A stretch of 39,056 bases of DNA from Bacteroidota bacterium. Lineage in GTDB: Bacteria; Bacteroidota; Bacteroidia; Bacteroidales; Marinilabiliaceae. The notes beneath the pieces are model-generated. The model made no database searches. It had not been told where the DNA came from and saw nothing but the letters and a program-made list of their open reading frames with translations. Shown here piece after piece: positions 18,134 through 28,961 of this stretch (position 1 is the first letter of the stretch; the number at the start of each line of letters is the position of its first letter). The DNA lies in contig JBNJDH010000001.1 of NCBI GenBank assembly GCA_051744695.1, forward strand, positions 1 through 39,056, written 5' to 3'. The translations under genes and the position numbers were made by a program.

Positions 18134-18925
18134 ATGAGAAGAAGAAATTTACATCTGCTCAACTTTTTTCCGGTAATATTCTTGACTGTACTTTTTTCAT
18201 TTGGTTGCCAGAGTCCGGGAAAGATGCTGTACCTGAAAAATGCATCGAACCGCGACACAACCATTGTATATGAACAGCCCGATAAGACCTACCGGATCCG
18301 GCCTGATGACATAATTTATGTCAGAATACTAACGGGAAACCCTGAAATATCAGCTTTATACAACAACACCCCTTCCACAGGTTTCAGCACCTCGATGAGT
18401 TCAAAAGCCGATCAATACATCAACGGCTTTACCGTCGATGAAAACGGACAAATTAAACTACCGGTACTGGGAAGTTTAAAAGTCACCGACAGAACATTAA
18501 AAGAAACCGAACAAAAGATCCAGGAACTGGCCGATGAATACCTGGTAGATGCCACCGTCATCGTGCGTTTGCTCAATTATAAAGTGACGGTGCTTGGAGA
18601 AGTGGACCGTCCCGGCGTATATAGTCACTACAACGATCAACTGACCATACTCGAAGCTATAGGCAAAGCCGGAGATATCTCCGACCTTGGAGATAAACGC
18701 AACATTATGGTGATCAGACCTATAGAGAACGGAAGAATTACATACCAGGTTGATCTTACCCGGAAAGAATTGCTCACGTCTCCAGCCTTTTTCCTGAAAC
18801 CAGGCGACGTGATTTATGTCAAACCTTCACGCAGCAAAGCCTTCCAGGTCAACCTGCCCACCATGAGTATATTGCTGTCGTCCCTTACAACCGCGATTGT
18901 GCTTTTGCAATATTTCAATAATTAA
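18134..18925 (+). CDS. Polysaccharide export lipoprotein (Wza-like, short Bacteroidota type)
   Basis: Lipobox SFGC, YRIRPDD, VDENGQIKLPVLG, VTVLGEVDRPG, LTILEAIGKAGD, LKPGDVIYV. -7 box TAGATTTG at 18069-18076. Confidence 0.9.
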   Translation: MRRRNLHLLNFFPVIFLTVLFSFGCQSPGKMLYLKNASNRDTTIVYEQPDKTYRIRPDDIIYVRILTGNPEISALYNNTPSTGFSTSMSSKADQYINGFTVDENGQIKLPVLGSLKVTDRTLKETEQKIQELADEYLVDATVIVRLLNYKVTVLGEVDRPGVYSHYNDQLTILEAIGKAGDISDLGDKRNIMVIRPIENGRITYQVDLTRKELLTSPAFFLKPGDVIYVKPSRSKAFQVNLPTMSILLSSLTTAIVLLQYFNN

Positions 18926-18937
18926 TGAACCCCTGTT

Positions 18938-21355
18938 ATGACCAATCCCGACCGCACATCCCCACACGACGATTTTTCAAAAGGGCAACCACAAGAATCG
19001 TTCAGATATGCCCGCCTGTTTCTGGATAAATGGTATGTTTTTGTTATAGGGATTGTATTGGCTCTTCTGGGTGCCATTTTGATCAATCACCTCACCCATC
19101 CCGTATTCAAAGGAAACACAACCCTTCTGGTACGGAACGAGAACAAAAACCGCCTGGGAACCGAATCTTTCCTTCCGGCATTCTCATTCAATATGCAGGA
19201 CAACATTCGCAACGACATCGGCATCCTGAAATCATACACCCTTACCCGAGAAACCATTGAATCGCTCGATTTGGATATCAGCTACCAGGCTATACCCCGT
19301 TGGGCCAATAACTGGGGGGTAAACCTTCTGACAAGAAATATTTACCACACCTCCCCCATCATTGTAGAAAAAAACAGCAAAACCACCCCGTTGGAGGAAG
19401 TCCCTATTTTTGTACGCATTCTCTCCCCCACTCATTTCCGACTTGATGTAAAAACAGAAACAGAAGACAAAACTATTGCATTGACCGACACTTTTAAATG
19501 GGGAGAGCCTGTAGAAAGCAAGTTTTTCTCCTTTTCCATTGAACTCAGAGAAAAATATGCCGATGCCATAGAGGACAAACAATCCTCTCTTTACAAACAT
19601 GATTACAGTTTTACATTTCATGATCGGGACAAACTGGCTTCTAAATACAGAAATGCCCTGGAAGTAGATTTCTTTTTTAATGATGCAACCATTCTGGAGC
19701 TAAGATTAAAAGCACCTCATCCGGGTATAGCAACGGATTTTCTCAATCAACACACCCGTACTTTTATTGAAAACGGACTGCAAGAAAAAAATCAAATGGC
19801 CAATGCCACCATCGCTTTTATTGACCAACAAATTCAGGGAATATCCGACTCTTTAGAAGAAGCAGGCTCAGAATTTGAACAATTCCGCAGCCAAAACCGC
19901 CTCATCAACATCAGCTCTGAAGGGAACCTGGCTATGCAAAAAATGGAGGAACTGGTGTCCCAAAAAGGTGACAACCAAAGAAGATTAAGATATTATGAAT
20001 ACTTGTATGATTACATCCGCAATCAAAACGAATTTGATAACGTAATTGTGCCCAGCACGATGGGCATCAACGATCCTTCTCTCAACGATCTCGTGGCCCG
20101 ATTAACCGAAGCTCACGCTAACCTCAACAGGTTGCTGACCACAGCCAGGGAAAACAGCCCCCAGGTCCAACAATTACAAAATGAGATCGAATCCATCCGG
20201 CAGGCCTTGATCAAAAACGTTAGAAACATTGTACAGGCCACGGAAATAGAACTCGAAGAGATCAACAACCAAATAGAGGATGTAAACAAACAGGTGGGAA
20301 AACTACCTGCCACCGAGCGGGAATACATCAATATCCAACGGGATTTTCAACTCAACGACAACCTATACACTTTTCTGCTCAGGAAAAGGTCCGAAGCTGC
20401 TATTGCCCTTGCTTCAAACGCCCCCGATCACAAAATCATAGACCCGGCCTTCGAGAGAACAACTTACCGCTCTTCGCCCCGCCCAAAAGCCAATTTCATC
20501 ATAGCGGGCTTCCTGGGGCTGATCCTTCCGGCGCTGGGCCTGATTATCGGGGAACATCTGAACACACGAATCCGCGCCGGTTTTGATCCTGAACACCACA
20601 GCCATCTTCCGGTACTGGGATCCATTGAACATTGTCGCTACAAAGAAAGGCTACCTGTCATGGCACACTCCAAATCTCCACTGGCCGAATCTTTCCGGGC
20701 ATTGCGTACCCACATTGATTTCATGCTTGGCGGAAAAAGCATGCCGGCAACCCTGGCCGTTTCATCATCCATAGCCGGGGAAGGAAAATCTTTTTGTTCG
20801 GCCAACTTGGGCGCGATATTGGCTATTGCAAACAAACAGGTGCTGGTAGTGGGAATGGACATGCGCAAGCCCCGCACGCATCTTGAGTTTAACATGCCAA
20901 ACGATCAGGGATTAAGCAATTTTCTAATCGGCAAAGCCACTTTTGATGAAGTGGTGGTCTCATCAGAGCTTGAAGGACTATGCGTGACCCCAGCAGGCCC
21001 GGCACCACCCAATCCTTCAGAATTGTTACAGTCAGATCAGATGACCCAATTTTTGGATGCAGCCCGCCAATCGTTCGACATCATCATTCTTGACACACCC
21101 CCCATGGCCTTAGTCACCGATGCCTTGTTGGTTACGAAACACACTGATCTCAACCTGTTTGTAATGAGACAAAACTATTCCCGAAAACAGGCGCTTCGAT
21201 TCATCAACCATCTCCACCAGTCAGGCAGAATCGGAAAAACAGGCTTTGTAATCAATGATGTTAAACTGCCGGGACCCTATTCCGCCCGCAACGGATATGG
21301 GTATGGCTATGCATACAGCAGGTACAGAAAAAGCGGTTATTACGAAGAATCCTGA
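18938..21355 (+). CDS. Polysaccharide co-polymerase / BY tyrosine autokinase (Wzc-like)
   Basis: Two TM helices around a coiled coil; AESFRALRT, Walker A GEGKS, DMRKP, ILDTPP; C-terminal Tyr cluster GYGYGYAYSRY..GYY. Confidence 0.93.
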   Translation: MTNPDRTSPHDDFSKGQPQESFRYARLFLDKWYVFVIGIVLALLGAILINHLTHPVFKGNTTLLVRNENKNRLGTESFLPAFSFNMQDNIRNDIGILKSYTLTRETIESLDLDISYQAIPRWANNWGVNLLTRNIYHTSPIIVEKNSKTTPLEEVPIFVRILSPTHFRLDVKTETEDKTIALTDTFKWGEPVESKFFSFSIELREKYADAIEDKQSSLYKHDYSFTFHDRDKLASKYRNALEVDFFFNDATILELRLKAPHPGIATDFLNQHTRTFIENGLQEKNQMANATIAFIDQQIQGISDSLEEAGSEFEQFRSQNRLINISSEGNLAMQKMEELVSQKGDNQRRLRYYEYLYDYIRNQNEFDNVIVPSTMGINDPSLNDLVARLTEAHANLNRLLTTARENSPQVQQLQNEIESIRQALIKNVRNIVQATEIELEEINNQIEDVNKQVGKLPATEREYINIQRDFQLNDNLYTFLLRKRSEAAIALASNAPDHKIIDPAFERTTYRSSPRPKANFIIAGFLGLILPALGLIIGEHLNTRIRAGFDPEHHSHLPVLGSIEHCRYKERLPVMAHSKSPLAESFRALRTHIDFMLGGKSMPATLAVSSSIAGEGKSFCSANLGAILAIANKQVLVVGMDMRKPRTHLEFNMPNDQGLSNFLIGKATFDEVVVSSELEGLCVTPAGPAPPNPSELLQSDQMTQFLDAARQSFDIIILDTPPMALVTDALLVTKHTDLNLFVMRQNYSRKQALRFINHLHQSGRIGKTGFVINDVKLPGPYSARNGYGYGYAYSRYRKSGYYEES

Positions 21356-21369
21356 GAAACAACATTGAA

Positions 21370-22704
21370 TCATCGATTGGTAGAGTTAAAGACATGGGTC
21401 CCCAAAAGCCGGTCGTAGCGCCCCCCGGGTGGACGATAATAAACAAGGATCAGGTAATCATTCTCGGTACGTCCAAAACTGCCTTCAATGGGTATCATTG
21501 AGCCTTTGTCATCATCCTTTTCTTTTATCAGGTATTGATAATTGTAATACCCCTGTTTTAGCAGAAGAGTGAGAGTGTAAAGCTCATTGTCGTAATCATA
21601 GTCCATCAAATTGTTTTGGTTGCATTGCCAGTTGGTCAACTCTCCAAGCAGATAAACTTCACGATCATTTGAAGGCGGAGGCCCCTCCAGTGAAAAATGC
21701 ACAAAACCATAATCGGCCGTCACAGCCGGATTCTCTTTTTCCTGCACATCAACAAAATATTGGCCATTGTAATCCCGGTGATAACGGTAAGATTTATCAA
21801 CACGTGGCCTGTCGGTATAAACATCCACATGATAAAAGGGATCGGAAAATTCAATGCTTTCCACATGGTCGGACTGAAAACGGAAACTCCTGAGGTCTAT
21901 CCAGCGAAATTCGTTGCCTCCTTCAAAAACTATCTCACCGTTATAGTTAAAGTCCAATTGTTCATCCCCTGAAAACATGGATCTTAACCCGGTAATGGCA
22001 TTGTCAGTCCGATTGTTTTGCATCACCGTCACCTCAACTTCATTTGAAGGGTCCTTAATATTCGTGCCCGGGTGGAAAACTTCAAAGTCGATTTCCTGGT
22101 ACTTTCCTCGTCCGGATGACTGCATGGTATAACTGATATCCGGTTCAATCCGCACTTTCTGTTCCGATACCATAAAACGCCGGACAATCACAGGTTCTTC
22201 ATCACTATAATCCTGATAGACACGCAACAAATAATTTCCTGAAAGCAACAAGGATGTACCGGCACCAGGAAAAACAAGCTGATAATGCACATAATCAAAT
22301 GTTGTATTGAATGATCGCTTGTAATTTTGAACAGGAAGAAGATCTTCACCTCTGTAATATTCTGTTTTCATAAGTCCGGAAGATTCCCAGTCGGCATCAC
22401 ACAATTCAACGCTGAAATAATAATCGCGGATTGTGGTTCCCGCTTCATCAAACGAAAGCACCAATTGCTGATCGCTGTTAAGCCCAATGATTGGATAAGA
22501 CATAGGCTCCCCCCGGCGATGAAAACGAACTGTTTTTATATTGGATGAAGTATATTCCCGATCATTAAAAGGTTCATAATCCTGGGCCGGCAGGTGCCCC
22601 GGCACAACCATCAGGGCCGGAACAAATAAAATAAAGAAAATTTTACGCAAATAACCAGAACCAAAAGCTGAGGCAATTTGTTTTGCCCAATGTGAAAAAG
22701 TCAT
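21370..22704 (-). CDS. DUF5103 family protein (type IX secretion plug-like)
   Basis: IKTV, LSFD, CDADW, SFNTTFDYVHY, SGNYLL, GGNEFR, LLKQGYYNYQY, TENDY, YDRL. Start position uncertain. Confidence 0.85.
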   Translation of the reverse strand: MTFSHWAKQIASAFGSGYLRKIFFILFVPALMVVPGHLPAQDYEPFNDREYTSSNIKTVRFHRRGEPMSYPIIGLNSDQQLVLSFDEAGTTIRDYYFSVELCDADWESSGLMKTEYYRGEDLLPVQNYKRSFNTTFDYVHYQLVFPGAGTSLLLSGNYLLRVYQDYSDEEPVIVRRFMVSEQKVRIEPDISYTMQSSGRGKYQEIDFEVFHPGTNIKDPSNEVEVTVMQNNRTDNAITGLRSMFSGDEQLDFNYNGEIVFEGGNEFRWIDLRSFRFQSDHVESIEFSDPFYHVDVYTDRPRVDKSYRYHRDYNGQYFVDVQEKENPAVTADYGFVHFSLEGPPPSNDREVYLLGELTNWQCNQNNLMDYDYDNELYTLTLLLKQGYYNYQYLIKEKDDDKGSMIPIEGSFGRTENDYLILVYYRPPGGRYDRLLGTHVFNSTNR

Positions 22705-22766
22705 AAATGCTCAATATAAATTGGTTTCAATCTCCATAAAAGTACAGTTAAAGAAATAAAATTAAC

Positions 22767-22774
22767 TATTTTTG
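22767..22774 (+). promoter_or_regulatory. -7 promoter box of the nqr operon
   Basis: TATTTTTG followed by CAGCC, 29 bp upstream of nqrA. Confidence 0.7.
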
Positions 22775-22803
22775 CAGCCAAAATCAAAAACCGTTTTTCA
22801 AAC

Positions 22804-24156
22804 ATGTCTGAGGTAATCAAAATAAAAAAAGGTTTGGACATCCGGCTAAAAGGGAAGGCCGAAAAGGTATTCGGAAAGGCCCAGTTACCCGGTTTGTTTG
22901 CCATTAAGCCCACCGACTTTCACGGTGTGGTTCCCAAAATGGTAGTCAAAAAGAAGGGAGAAAAAGTAAAAGCCGGTTCAGTTCTGTTTTTTGACAAAAA
23001 CCAACCTGATGTGAAATTCGTGTCCCCTGTAAGCGGGGAACTTCTGGATATCATCCGCGGGGAACGTCGGAAAATTCTCGAGGTGGTTATCAAGGCTGAC
23101 GGCAAAGATGAAATGGTTGAATTCGGGACTGAATCAATCAAGGACCTGAAACGTGAAGACATCATCAACAGGATGCTGGAAGCCGGAGCCTGGCCATATA
23201 TCCGTCAACGTCCTTACGATGTGATTGCCAATCCGGAAGACACACCAAAAGGCATCTACATTTCCGGATTCGACACCGCTCCCCTGGCACCCGATTATGA
23301 TTTCATCATGACGGGAAAGGAAAATGAGTTCCAGGCTGGTATTGACGTACTAAAAAAACTTTGCGACAATATTCACATCGGCATCAACGATGAAGCCGCT
23401 TCCAAAGTTTTCACAAAGACCAAAGGTGTCACCCTCCATCGCTTCAGCGGTCCACATCCGGCAGGAACGGTTGGCATTCAATTGCATCATGTCATGCCTG
23501 TAAATAAGGGAGAAAAAGTCTGGACCATTCAGCCCCAGGAAGTGACTTCTCTCGGCAAGCTCTTTCTTACCGGTAAACCTGATTTCTCCCGCACCATCGT
23601 TGTGAACGGATCCGAAATCAAAAAACCCGCGTATTTTCAAACCCGGATAGGCGCCAAAATCACACCCTACATCGAAAACAACATCAATACGGAAGAGAAC
23701 GTGCGGCTGATCAGCGGAAATGTCCTGACCGGCACCGAGCTCAACGATGATGGGTTTCTCGGTTTTTACCACTCACAGATCACAGCCATTCCGGAAGGTG
23801 ATGAGTATGAATTCATGGGCTGGGCCGCCCCCGGTTTTGACAAATTCAGCATGTCACGAACCTTTTTCAGCTGGTTGCAGCCCAAAAGGGAATACCGCCT
23901 AAGTGCCAATATGCATGGTGGCAAGAGGGCCATCGTAGTTTCGGGCCAGTATGAAGCTGTACTGCCCATGGACATTCTTCCCGAACAACTTTTCAAATCC
24001 ATTCTGATTGAAGACATCGATAAAATGGAGCAACTCGGGATTTACGAGATTGCCGAGGAAGACATCGCGTTGTGTGAATTCGTTTGTACATCAAAAATGG
24101 ATTTGCAGAAAATCGTTCGCGACGGCATCAACCTTATGATCAAAGAACTGGGTTAA
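22804..24156 (+). CDS. nqrA: Na+-translocating NADH:quinone reductase subunit A
   Basis: IKIKKGLDI, SPVSG, RGERR, GPHPAG, ISGNVLTG, EEDIALCEFVCTSK. Confidence 0.96.
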   Translation: MSEVIKIKKGLDIRLKGKAEKVFGKAQLPGLFAIKPTDFHGVVPKMVVKKKGEKVKAGSVLFFDKNQPDVKFVSPVSGELLDIIRGERRKILEVVIKADGKDEMVEFGTESIKDLKREDIINRMLEAGAWPYIRQRPYDVIANPEDTPKGIYISGFDTAPLAPDYDFIMTGKENEFQAGIDVLKKLCDNIHIGINDEAASKVFTKTKGVTLHRFSGPHPAGTVGIQLHHVMPVNKGEKVWTIQPQEVTSLGKLFLTGKPDFSRTIVVNGSEIKKPAYFQTRIGAKITPYIENNINTEENVRLISGNVLTGTELNDDGFLGFYHSQITAIPEGDEYEFMGWAAPGFDKFSMSRTFFSWLQPKREYRLSANMHGGKRAIVVSGQYEAVLPMDILPEQLFKSILIEDIDKMEQLGIYEIAEEDIALCEFVCTSKMDLQKIVRDGINLMIKELG

Positions 24157-24229
24157 AACACCGTATTTCTCCGGAGCACCCGCAATGCTCAGGAAAGAAT
24201 CCGATAACTAAAAAAACAAATACTTTCGA

Positions 24230-25390
24230 ATGAAGGCATTACGAAAACTTTTAGATAAGATTAAGCCGCACTTTGAAAAAGGTGGCAGGTTTGAGAAACT
24301 GCACTCCACGTTCGATGCATTTGAAACACTTCTCTTTGTTCCGAACACCACCAACAAGAACGGGGTGCATGTGAGAGACGCCATCGACATGAAACGCACC
24401 ATGGCCACTGTGGTTCTGGCGCTGGTGCCGGCATTATTGTTTGGCATCTGGAACGCCGGGTACCAACATTTTCTGGCCACCGGCCAAGAAATAGATTTTT
24501 GGCCCATGGTTGGACATGGATTTTTGAAGATCTTCCCGATCATTGTGGTTTCCTATGTAACCGGGCTGGCCATAGAATTTGCATTCGCCCAGATGCGTGG
24601 GCATGAAGTAAATGAAGGATTTCTGGTATCAGGTATGCTGATTCCACTGGTTCTTCCTATAGGCATTCCGTTGTGGATGGTTGCTGTAGCCACCGCCTTT
24701 GCCGTCATTATCGGTAAAGAGGTGTTCGGTGGTACAGGGATGAACATCTGGAACCCTGCCCTTTTGGCCAGGGCTTTTCTGTTTTTTGCCTATCCGGCGC
24801 ACATGTCGGGAGATTCCATATGGATCAGTGGGCTGGCCGAAGGAGAAGGCATTGTCGACGGGTTTTCGGGAGCAACAGCCCTGGGAACAGCCGTGACAAC
24901 CGGCAACATCGACAAATTTTCACTGGCCGAAAGTTTCTTTGGCATGATCCCCGGATCAATTGGTGAAACATCCGTTGTAGCCATCCTGATCGGAGCAATC
25001 ATCCTGATCTATACCGGCATCGGAAGCTGGCGCGTTATGCTCTCTGTATTTGTCGGCGGATATCTGACAGCACTCGGATTTAATGCCATTGGCGCCAATG
25101 CCGTCATGGAAATCCCGGCCATTCATCATCTTTTCCTGGGCGGATTTGCATTCGGAGCGGTCTTCATGGCCACAGACCCGGTTTCGGCGACACGTACCAC
25201 ACGCGGGAAATACATTTACGGGGCCCTGATCGGGTTCTTCAGTATCACCATACGGGTTTTCAATCCCGCTTATCCGGAAGGCGTCATGCTGGCTATCCTG
25301 CTGATGAACACCTTTGCGCCACTGATCGACCATTTTGTAGTGGAAAGCAACATCAAACGACGTCTGAAACGAGCAAGTGTAACCGCATAA
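24230..25390 (+). CDS. nqrB: Na+-NQR subunit B
   Basis: HVRDAIDMKRTM, KEVFGGTGMN, FMN site DGFSGAT, FMATDPVS, YPEGVMLAIL. Confidence 0.96.
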   Translation: MKALRKLLDKIKPHFEKGGRFEKLHSTFDAFETLLFVPNTTNKNGVHVRDAIDMKRTMATVVLALVPALLFGIWNAGYQHFLATGQEIDFWPMVGHGFLKIFPIIVVSYVTGLAIEFAFAQMRGHEVNEGFLVSGMLIPLVLPIGIPLWMVAVATAFAVIIGKEVFGGTGMNIWNPALLARAFLFFAYPAHMSGDSIWISGLAEGEGIVDGFSGATALGTAVTTGNIDKFSLAESFFGMIPGSIGETSVVAILIGAIILIYTGIGSWRVMLSVFVGGYLTALGFNAIGANAVMEIPAIHHLFLGGFAFGAVFMATDPVSATRTTRGKYIYGALIGFFSITIRVFNPAYPEGVMLAILLMNTFAPLIDHFVVESNIKRRLKRASVTA

Positions 25391-25405
25391 TAACAAACTG
25401 ACAAA

Positions 25406-26110
25406 ATGGACAAACAAGGAAATAAATATACTTTTCTTTATGCTTCGGTGATGGTGATCGTGGTGGCAACCGTTCTGGCTTTTGTGTCGGAAGCCCTCAC
25501 GCCCCTTCAGAAGCAAAACGAGAAAGAAGCCAAGATGATGGACATTCTTCAATCGGTTAACATCGAAAGCGAGAAAGAGAATGTAGCCGATAAATATGAA
25601 GAATTCATCGGCGACGACAGCTATATCGTCAATTTCGAAGGAGAAGAGGTGACAAGAGAGCCCCAGGCAGCTTTTAATGTTGACCTGAGCAAGGAAGTCA
25701 GGAAGCCCCTTTCCGAAAGACAATATCCCGTATATGAATGCCATCTCGAAAACGGGGAGGTAAAATACATCCTTCCCGTCCGCGGCAAAGGATTGTGGGG
25801 CCCCATTTGGGGGTATATCGCCCTCGATGATGACAAAGAAACCATTTACGGAACAACCTTCGATCATGACGGAGAGACACCCGGACTTGGAGCGGAAATC
25901 GCCAATCAGGCATTTCAAAAGCAATTCCGCGACAAGCGCATCTTTGACGAAAACGACGAATTGATGTCGATTCAGGTCATCAAAGGAGATGCTCCACCCG
26001 ACGATCCGCACCGTGTTGACGGCATTTCGGGTGGCACCATTACCAGCCAGGGCGTAGAAGACATGCTGGAAGATTATTTTGAAGGTTACAAAGCATTTTT
26101 AAAAAATTAA
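25406..26110 (+). CDS. nqrC: Na+-NQR subunit C
   Basis: N-terminal TM helix, GKGLWGPIWG, ETPGLGAEI, FMN site VDGISGGTITS. Confidence 0.96.
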   Translation: MDKQGNKYTFLYASVMVIVVATVLAFVSEALTPLQKQNEKEAKMMDILQSVNIESEKENVADKYEEFIGDDSYIVNFEGEEVTREPQAAFNVDLSKEVRKPLSERQYPVYECHLENGEVKYILPVRGKGLWGPIWGYIALDDDKETIYGTTFDHDGETPGLGAEIANQAFQKQFRDKRIFDENDELMSIQVIKGDAPPDDPHRVDGISGGTITSQGVEDMLEDYFEGYKAFLKN

Positions 26111-26122
26111 AAAGAGGGAACC

Positions 26123-26785
26123 ATGAGCAGCGATAAAGAACCTTTGTTCTCATCAAAGAATCTGAAACTGATATCCACCCCGCTGGGGGCCCAAAATCCC
26201 ATTACCGTTCAGGTGTTGGGAATCTGTTCGGCTCTGGCGGTGACAGCCAAACTGGAACCATCCATTGTCATGTCCATTTCAGTGGTTTTTGTGATGGTTT
26301 TTGCCAATCTGATCATTTCATTGCTCCGCAATACCATTCCGTCTCGTATACGGATCATCGTTCAGTTGACGGTCATTGCATCCCTGGTAATTTTGGTTGA
26401 CCAGGTGCTAAAAGCTTTTGCATACGAAGTCAGCAAACAGCTTTCGGTTTTTGTGGGCCTGATCATTACCAACTGTATCATTATGGGCCGGCTGGAAGCC
26501 TTTGCCCTTGGGAATAAGCCATGGCCGGCTGTACTCGACGGATTTGGCAACGCGGCCGGCTACGGCGTCATTCTCGTGATTGTCGGATTTGTACGTGAAC
26601 TTTTTGGAACCGGAAACCTTACCCTTCCCGGATTTGGAGAATTAAAGATCATTCCTGATGTTTTCTATGAATGGGGTTATGTCGACAATGGTTTGATGAT
26701 CCTGCCCCCGATGGCATTGATCACCGTTGGCATCATCATCTGGATTCAGCGTTCCAAAAACAAGGAACTGGTCGACATCAGTTAA
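26123..26785 (+). CDS. nqrD: Na+-NQR subunit D
   Basis: NPITVQVLGICSALAVT, SKQLSVFVGLIITNCIIMGR. Confidence 0.96.
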   Translation: MSSDKEPLFSSKNLKLISTPLGAQNPITVQVLGICSALAVTAKLEPSIVMSISVVFVMVFANLIISLLRNTIPSRIRIIVQLTVIASLVILVDQVLKAFAYEVSKQLSVFVGLIITNCIIMGRLEAFALGNKPWPAVLDGFGNAAGYGVILVIVGFVRELFGTGNLTLPGFGELKIIPDVFYEWGYVDNGLMILPPMALITVGIIIWIQRSKNKELVDIS

Positions 26786-26884
26786 AAAGGCAAAAACACG
26801 AGAAAGACGGGTTTTAGGGCACCGTCCAAAGCCCCTGAAAAGGGAAATTGAAAAAAGAATCAGAAAACAAATAATTACAGAGAA

Positions 26885-27502
26885 ATGGAAAATCTGCTCA
26901 ACATATTTGTTAAAGCCATCTTTATAGAGAACATGATATTTGCCTACTTTCTGGGCATGTGTTCCTATCTGGCCGTTTCGAAAACTGTAAAAACCTCCTT
27001 TGGTTTGGGCATGGCCGTAGTCTTCGTTTTGGGCATTACCGTACCTGCCAACTATCTTTTGGAGAATTATGTATTGCAGGAAGGAGCGCTTTCATGGCTG
27101 GGTGAAGGTTTTGAAAATATTAATCTCAGCTTTTTGAGCTTCATCATGTTCATTGCTGTTATCGCATCCATGGTGCAGCTGGTCGAGATGATTGTGGAAA
27201 AATTTGCACCCACATTGTATACTTCACTGGGTATTTTCCTGCCGCTAATCGCGGTTAACTGCTCCATCCTTGGAGGTTCTCTCTTTATGCAGGAGAGGGA
27301 TTATGCCAACATTGCAGAAGCATCCGTTTTCGGACTTGGCTCTGGAGTCGGCTGGTTACTGGCCATTGTCGGCATTGCAGCCATTCGTGAAAAGATACGA
27401 TACTCAGATGTGCCAGCGCCCCTGCGTGGTCTGGGAATTACTTTCATCATCACCGGCCTGATGGGGATTGCATTTATGAGTTTCATGGGTATTCAACTTT
27501 AA
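26885..27502 (+). CDS. nqrE: Na+-NQR subunit E
   Basis: [39 protein letters not shown]. Confidence 0.96.
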   Translation: MENLLNIFVKAIFIENMIFAYFLGMCSYLAVSKTVKTSFGLGMAVVFVLGITVPANYLLENYVLQEGALSWLGEGFENINLSFLSFIMFIAVIASMVQLVEMIVEKFAPTLYTSLGIFLPLIAVNCSILGGSLFMQERDYANIAEASVFGLGSGVGWLLAIVGIAAIREKIRYSDVPAPLRGLGITFIITGLMGIAFMSFMGIQL

Positions 27503-27519
27503 AACAAGGGACACTTTAA

Positions 27520-27610
27520 AATGAAACGAGCATGACAAGGTTTGTTACAAAAGAACATGTATAAGTTCCATTAGGCCAAAAAAACAAATTTTATACGAAT
27601 GAATATATTA
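27520..27610 (+). repeat. nqrE-nqrF intergenic leader (source of a paralogous copy at 30435-30540)
   Basis: 21-bp identity CAAAAGAACATGTATAAGTTC at 27548-27568 and 30463-30483, plus colinear flanking blocks. Confidence 0.8.
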
Positions 27611-28858
27611 GCGATTTCATTACCGGTCATCATTGCCAGCGCCGTCGTTTTTCTGACGGTGATTATACTGCTGGTATCAATCCTTCTTTACGCCAAGAAA
27701 AAACTGACTCCCCAGGGGAATGTGACCATTGATATCAACGAAGGCGAAAAAGAACTGGAAGTAGAAACGGGACAAAGCCTTTTAACAGCGCTGGCAAACA
27801 ACGAAATTTATTTGCCTTCTGCCTGCGGAGGTGGAGGGACTTGTGCCATGTGTCGATGCCAGGTCCATGACGGGGCCGGATCCATCCTTCCCACGGAAAC
27901 CGGTTTTTTCACCCGCAAAGAACAGATGAACAACTGGCGTCTGGCTTGCCAGGTGAAAGTGAAAGATGACATCAAAATGGAAATTCCCCAGGAAATCCTG
28001 GGCATCCAAAAATGGGAGTGCACGGTTTTATCAAACAAAAACGTGGCAACCTTTATCAAAGAGTTTGTCGTTCAGCTGCCCGAAGGAGAAACCCTGGATT
28101 TTCAATCGGGTGGATACATCCAGATCGATGTCCCCAAAGTTGATGTCGATTTTAAAGACATTGAAGTGGAAGAAGAATTCCGGGAAGACTGGGAAAAATT
28201 CAACCTTTTCGATCTCAAGATGCACAACCCGGAGCCCACGTTCCGGGCCTATTCAATGGCCAACCATCCGGCAGAGAACAACATCATCATGCTTAATGTC
28301 AGGATTGCCACGCCGCCTTTTGATCGTGTAAATGGTGGATTTAAAAACATCAATCCCGGGGTTTGCTCATCTTATATATTCTCTCTCAAACCGGGAGATA
28401 AAGTAACCATCTCGGGCCCCTACGGGGAATTCTTCCTGAAAGACTCCGATAAAGAGATGATGTTCATCGGCGGAGGTGCAGGAATGGCCCCCATGCGTTC
28501 GCACATATTCCATTTGTTCCATACACTACAAACAGACCGTAAAGTCAGCTTCTGGTACGGTGCTCGTTCAAAGCGGGAGATATTTTACGAGGAAGATTTC
28601 CGCGACATAGAACGGAAGTTCGATAATTTCGATTTTAAAATTGCCCTTTCGGAGCCTCTTCCTGAGGACAACTGGGACGGGCCGGTCGGGTTTATCCACT
28701 CCGTTATATTTGACGAATACCTGAGCAAACATGATGAGCCCGAAGAAATTGAGTACTATCTCTGCGGTCCGCCGATGATGAACGCTGCTGTGCAAAAGAT
28801 GCTGTACGACCTTGGCGTTCCGGAAGAAATGATCGCCTTCGACGATTTCGGATCCTGA
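27599..28858 (+). CDS. nqrF: Na+-NQR subunit F
   Basis: 2Fe-2S motif CGGGGTCAMC...RLACQ, RAYSMAN, GGGAGMAP, YLCGPP, DDFG. Confidence 0.97.
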   Translation: MNILAISLPVIIASAVVFLTVIILLVSILLYAKKKLTPQGNVTIDINEGEKELEVETGQSLLTALANNEIYLPSACGGGGTCAMCRCQVHDGAGSILPTETGFFTRKEQMNNWRLACQVKVKDDIKMEIPQEILGIQKWECTVLSNKNVATFIKEFVVQLPEGETLDFQSGGYIQIDVPKVDVDFKDIEVEEEFREDWEKFNLFDLKMHNPEPTFRAYSMANHPAENNIIMLNVRIATPPFDRVNGGFKNINPGVCSSYIFSLKPGDKVTISGPYGEFFLKDSDKEMMFIGGGAGMAPMRSHIFHLFHTLQTDRKVSFWYGARSKREIFYEEDFRDIERKFDNFDFKIALSEPLPEDNWDGPVGFIHSVIFDEYLSKHDEPEEIEYYLCGPPMMNAAVQKMLYDLGVPEEMIAFDDFGS

Positions 28859-28870
28859 TAGAAAAAGATC

Positions 28871-28913
28871 AAAAAAGGGTGCTGGAAAGGAGATCCTTCC
28901 AACACCCTTTTTT
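28871..28913 (+). terminator. Intrinsic terminator after nqrF
   Basis: AAAAAAGGGTGCTGGAA...TTCCAACACCCTTTTTT stem followed by a T tract. Confidence 0.8.
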
Positions 28914-28961
28914 ATTTTGATTCTTCGGGACCTTTGCTAACCAGGATAAAAATGCTGCATC

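Noticed and set aside
24956-26011. 351-aa minus-strand ORF
   Set aside because: Antisense to nqrB/nqrC with no recognisable domain; a typical shadow ORF.
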